From assembly GCA_051532035.1 (NCBI GenBank), contig JAOPTW010000006.1, positions 160,001 to 224,000 on the forward strand: a stretch of DNA of 64,000 nt. Reading direction: 5' to 3'. The notes under the pieces were generated by a model that saw only the letters and a program-made list of their open reading frames with translations, had not been told where the DNA came from and did no database searches. This stretch comes from Fibrobacterales bacterium (GTDB taxonomy: Bacteria > Fibrobacterota > Fibrobacteria > Fibrobacterales > JAOPTW01). The position numbers and the translations under genes were made by a program. Positions 61,857 to 64,000 of this stretch are shown piece after piece. Each line of letters opens with the position of its first letter. The first letter of the stretch is position 1.

Positions 61857-62246
61857 ATGGCTACAGCAACTAAAAAAGCTGCTCCAAAAGCAGCAGCAAA
61901 AACAATCACGAAAAAAGCTCCTGTAAAAATAGCTGCAAAAGCAACTACGACAGCGGCCCCAAAGGCAGCGGCAACAAAAGCTCCTGCAAAAACTACAACG
62001 AAATCAGATGCATCTTTTGAGTATTTCTCACCAGAATCTTCTTCAGTATACATTGCCGGTTCATTCAGTAACTGGGAAATGAAAAAAATGAAAAAAGACA
62101 AAACTGGCAACTGGAAGTACAAAGCAAAAGTACCTAAGGGCGAGCATCAGTATAAATATGTATTCGAAGGTGTTTCTTGGGAAATTGACAATTCTGCCCC
62201 GACAGTGAATACAGAGCTTGGGCTTAATAATATTATTAAGGTCTAA
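61857..62246 (+). CDS. Lys/Ala/Thr/Pro-rich (histone-H1-like) tail fused to a CBM48/AMPK-beta-type glycogen-binding domain
   Basis: KKAAPKAAAK..KAPAK tail; VYIAGSFSNW, GNW, GEHQYKYV, WEID, NNII. Confidence 0.85.
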   Translation: MATATKKAAPKAAAKTITKKAPVKIAAKATTTAAPKAAATKAPAKTTTKSDASFEYFSPESSSVYIAGSFSNWEMKKMKKDKTGNWKYKAKVPKGEHQYKYVFEGVSWEIDNSAPTVNTELGLNNIIKV

Positions 62247-62257
62247 TCATACAGATA

Positions 62258-62303
62258 TAAAAACACAAAAGTCCGGCAGAGATGCCGGACTTTTGTGTTT
62301 TAT
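62258..62303. terminator. Bidirectional intrinsic terminator
   Basis: AAAACACAAAAGTCCGGCA-GAGA-TGCCGGACTTTTGTGTTTT between convergent genes. Confidence 0.88.
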
Positions 62304-62317
62304 CAATTCCAGAAAAT

Positions 62318-63574
62318 CTAAACCCCAGAAAAATCCAGAGTCGCAAAGTGATCTTCAATAGTCTCTGCACGACGAATCAATTTCACCGATCCATTTTCTT
62401 GAAGTAACAACTCAGCAGAACGAAGTTTTGCATTGTAATTAAAACCCATTGAATGTCCATGAGCGCCAGTATCATGTATCACTACGAGGTCACCCGATTC
62501 AATCTCAGGAAGCATACGGTCAATGGCAAACTTATCATTATTCTCACACAGTGAACCAGTTACATCGTAGGTTACGGTTGCTTCATCGTTTTCTTTACCA
62601 GCTACAGTAACATGATGGTATGAGTCATATAGCGCCGGACGCATCAGGTTTGTCATGCATGAATCAAGCCCTGCATAGGTTTTATAGGTCTTCTTAATAT
62701 GAAGGCATTCAGATACCAAATAGCCATACGGCCCGGTAACCATACGTCCACACTCCATCACAATTTTGAATGGATTGATGCCATTAGCAACAATTTTTTC
62801 ATCATAAAACGTTTTAATCTTATCAGAGATCTCTTGCAGTGATGGCTGTACATCTTCTGGTTTGTAAGCTACACCGATGCCACCACCAAGGTTTGCAAAT
62901 TCAAATTCAATGCCAACTTCTTTATGTACGCGTACAACCATATCAAACAAGATACCTGCAGTCTCGGCAAAGTAGTCAGGGTTAATTTCGTTTGATGCTA
63001 CCATCGTATGGAGACCAAAACGCTTAACGCCTTTTTCTTTTAAGATTTTAAAGCCTTCAACAATCTGGTCACCAGTAAATCCATATTTTGCATCTTCTGG
63101 TTTGCCGATGATATCGTTACCCTCTTTGAGTGAACCAGGGTTATACCGAAAGCACACAAGTTCAGGAAGACCACCACATTCTTTTTCTAAAAAGTCGATA
63201 TGAGTAATATCATCAAGGTTAATGATCGCTCCCGATTTTTTCGCCTCAACGTATTCATACACCGGGGTGTCATTTGAAGTAAAAATAATGTCTTCGCCTG
63301 TTATTCCTGATTTCTCAGAAAGAAGGATCTCAGGGTATGACGAACAATCTGCCCCCATACCTTCCTCTTGAAGGATTTTTAATATGTATGGATTGGGAAG
63401 TGCTTTAACCGCATAGAAGTTCTTGAAGCCACCGGGAACCCACTCAAATGCCTTATAAAACTCCTGCGCATTTTTACGAATAGCCTTTTCATCATAAATA
63501 TGAAAAGGTGTTGGATAATCAGCAACAATATCATTAAGCTGCTGTGCGCTAAAAGGGAGAGTTTTTTGAGACAT
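62318..63574 (-). CDS. lysA: Diaminopimelate decarboxylase
   Basis: TPFHIYDE, YAVKALPN, AKYG, NLGGGIG, ECGR, MRPALYD, GSLCENND, HDTGAHG.SMGFNYN. Confidence 0.95.
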   Translation of the reverse strand: MSQKTLPFSAQQLNDIVADYPTPFHIYDEKAIRKNAQEFYKAFEWVPGGFKNFYAVKALPNPYILKILQEEGMGADCSSYPEILLSEKSGITGEDIIFTSNDTPVYEYVEAKKSGAIINLDDITHIDFLEKECGGLPELVCFRYNPGSLKEGNDIIGKPEDAKYGFTGDQIVEGFKILKEKGVKRFGLHTMVASNEINPDYFAETAGILFDMVVRVHKEVGIEFEFANLGGGIGVAYKPEDVQPSLQEISDKIKTFYDEKIVANGINPFKIVMECGRMVTGPYGYLVSECLHIKKTYKTYAGLDSCMTNLMRPALYDSYHHVTVAGKENDEATVTYDVTGSLCENNDKFAIDRMLPEIESGDLVVIHDTGAHGHSMGFNYNAKLRSAELLLQENGSVKLIRRAETIEDHFATLDFSGV

Positions 63575-63734
63575 ACGTCCTCCAAGGTTCAATGGGGTAT
63601 AAAGATACTTACCATACGCCTATTAGTCAATTACCCGCAGGCTCTACCCTCAATTGATGACTGAATTGTACAAATAATACAAGATTGTCACATTTTCAAT
63701 TTTCTCAATACTAAAGCAATCTGGCCAGTGTATC

Positions 63735-63998
63735 TTAAAATATGTAGGAGTAATGAAAAATCATATTTTGTTCCAGACGTGATTTCTCATCAAGGCGATA
63801 CCGTGTATAGGAGTGTTGATACTGAAATATAATTTCATGATGGCTAAAGATTCTATACCGAATAGTTCCTAAACCATAGGCTTCATCAGATTCGGGCGAA
63901 TGCCATTCATCCCTTGAGGCATCATCACGGTAAAGATAATAGTACCCTACTCCACCTTCAAATGAAAAGCCTTGATCTAGCTGGCACCCTGCTTTGAG
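63735..63998 (-). CDS. 3' end of a probable outer-membrane beta-barrel protein entering from the right edge
   Basis: Hand translation open from the edge to TAA at 63735, ending ...NMIFHYSYIF (beta-signal). Confidence 0.6.
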   Translation of the reverse strand, partial: LKAGCQLDQGFSFEGGVGYYYLYRDDASRDEWHSPESDEAYGLGTIRYRIFSHHEIIFQYQHSYTRYRLDEKSRLEQNMIFHYSYIF

Positions 63999-64000
63999 CG

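Noticed and set aside
61844..62122. Hydrophobic 92-aa minus-strand ORF
   Set aside because: Antisense shadow of the K/A-rich gene at 61857-62246
63575..63734. Possible lysine riboswitch upstream of lysA
   Set aside because: The leader is short and lacks the recognisable lysine-aptamer core; only an imperfect AGTCA..TGACT pairing is visible

Overview
Bacterial chromosomal window, mostly housekeeping and cofactor genes. A recurring TAnnTTT(G/T) promoter-like motif and the gene content suggest an FCB-group, probably Fibrobacterota-like, organism; an orphan flgM suggests it is flagellated (both are inferences). Contents: hemH, lnt, rsmI, an OmpA/TSP3 protein, a UbiD-family decarboxylase; an array of four sensor-less cytoplasmic receiver-kinases, one a pseudokinase; a corrinoid salvage/uptake locus (cobU-cobS-cobC-cobQ-cobO-btuFCD convergent with a B12-riboswitch-led btuB plus a BtuG-like lipoprotein); pyrF; a signalling island; omp85-like, DnaJ-like, galE, a peptidase, asnS, two thioredoxin-fold proteins, RluA; a plant/protist-type UDP-sugar pyrophosphorylase; hemA; a TPP-riboswitch thiS-C-(E-like)-D-E-G-H operon; tRNA-Arg(CCG); flgM; suhB; a hybrid kinase with His->Gln at the H-box; a DAACS transporter; a lipoprotein/TraF-like barrel pair; rpe; a histone-H1-like/CBM48 fusion; lysA. 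No transposase, integrase, phage gene, rRNA or CRISPR array was seen. The best candidate for an undescribed system is the mirror-ordered mini binding protein / beta-barrel / beta-barrel / mini binding protein / HAMP kinase cassette (27841-33299) behind a sigma28-like promoter. Also notable are two TA-flanked ~90-105 bp structured elements with a shared, covarying fold. All calls come from motif recognition by eye; no database searches were run.
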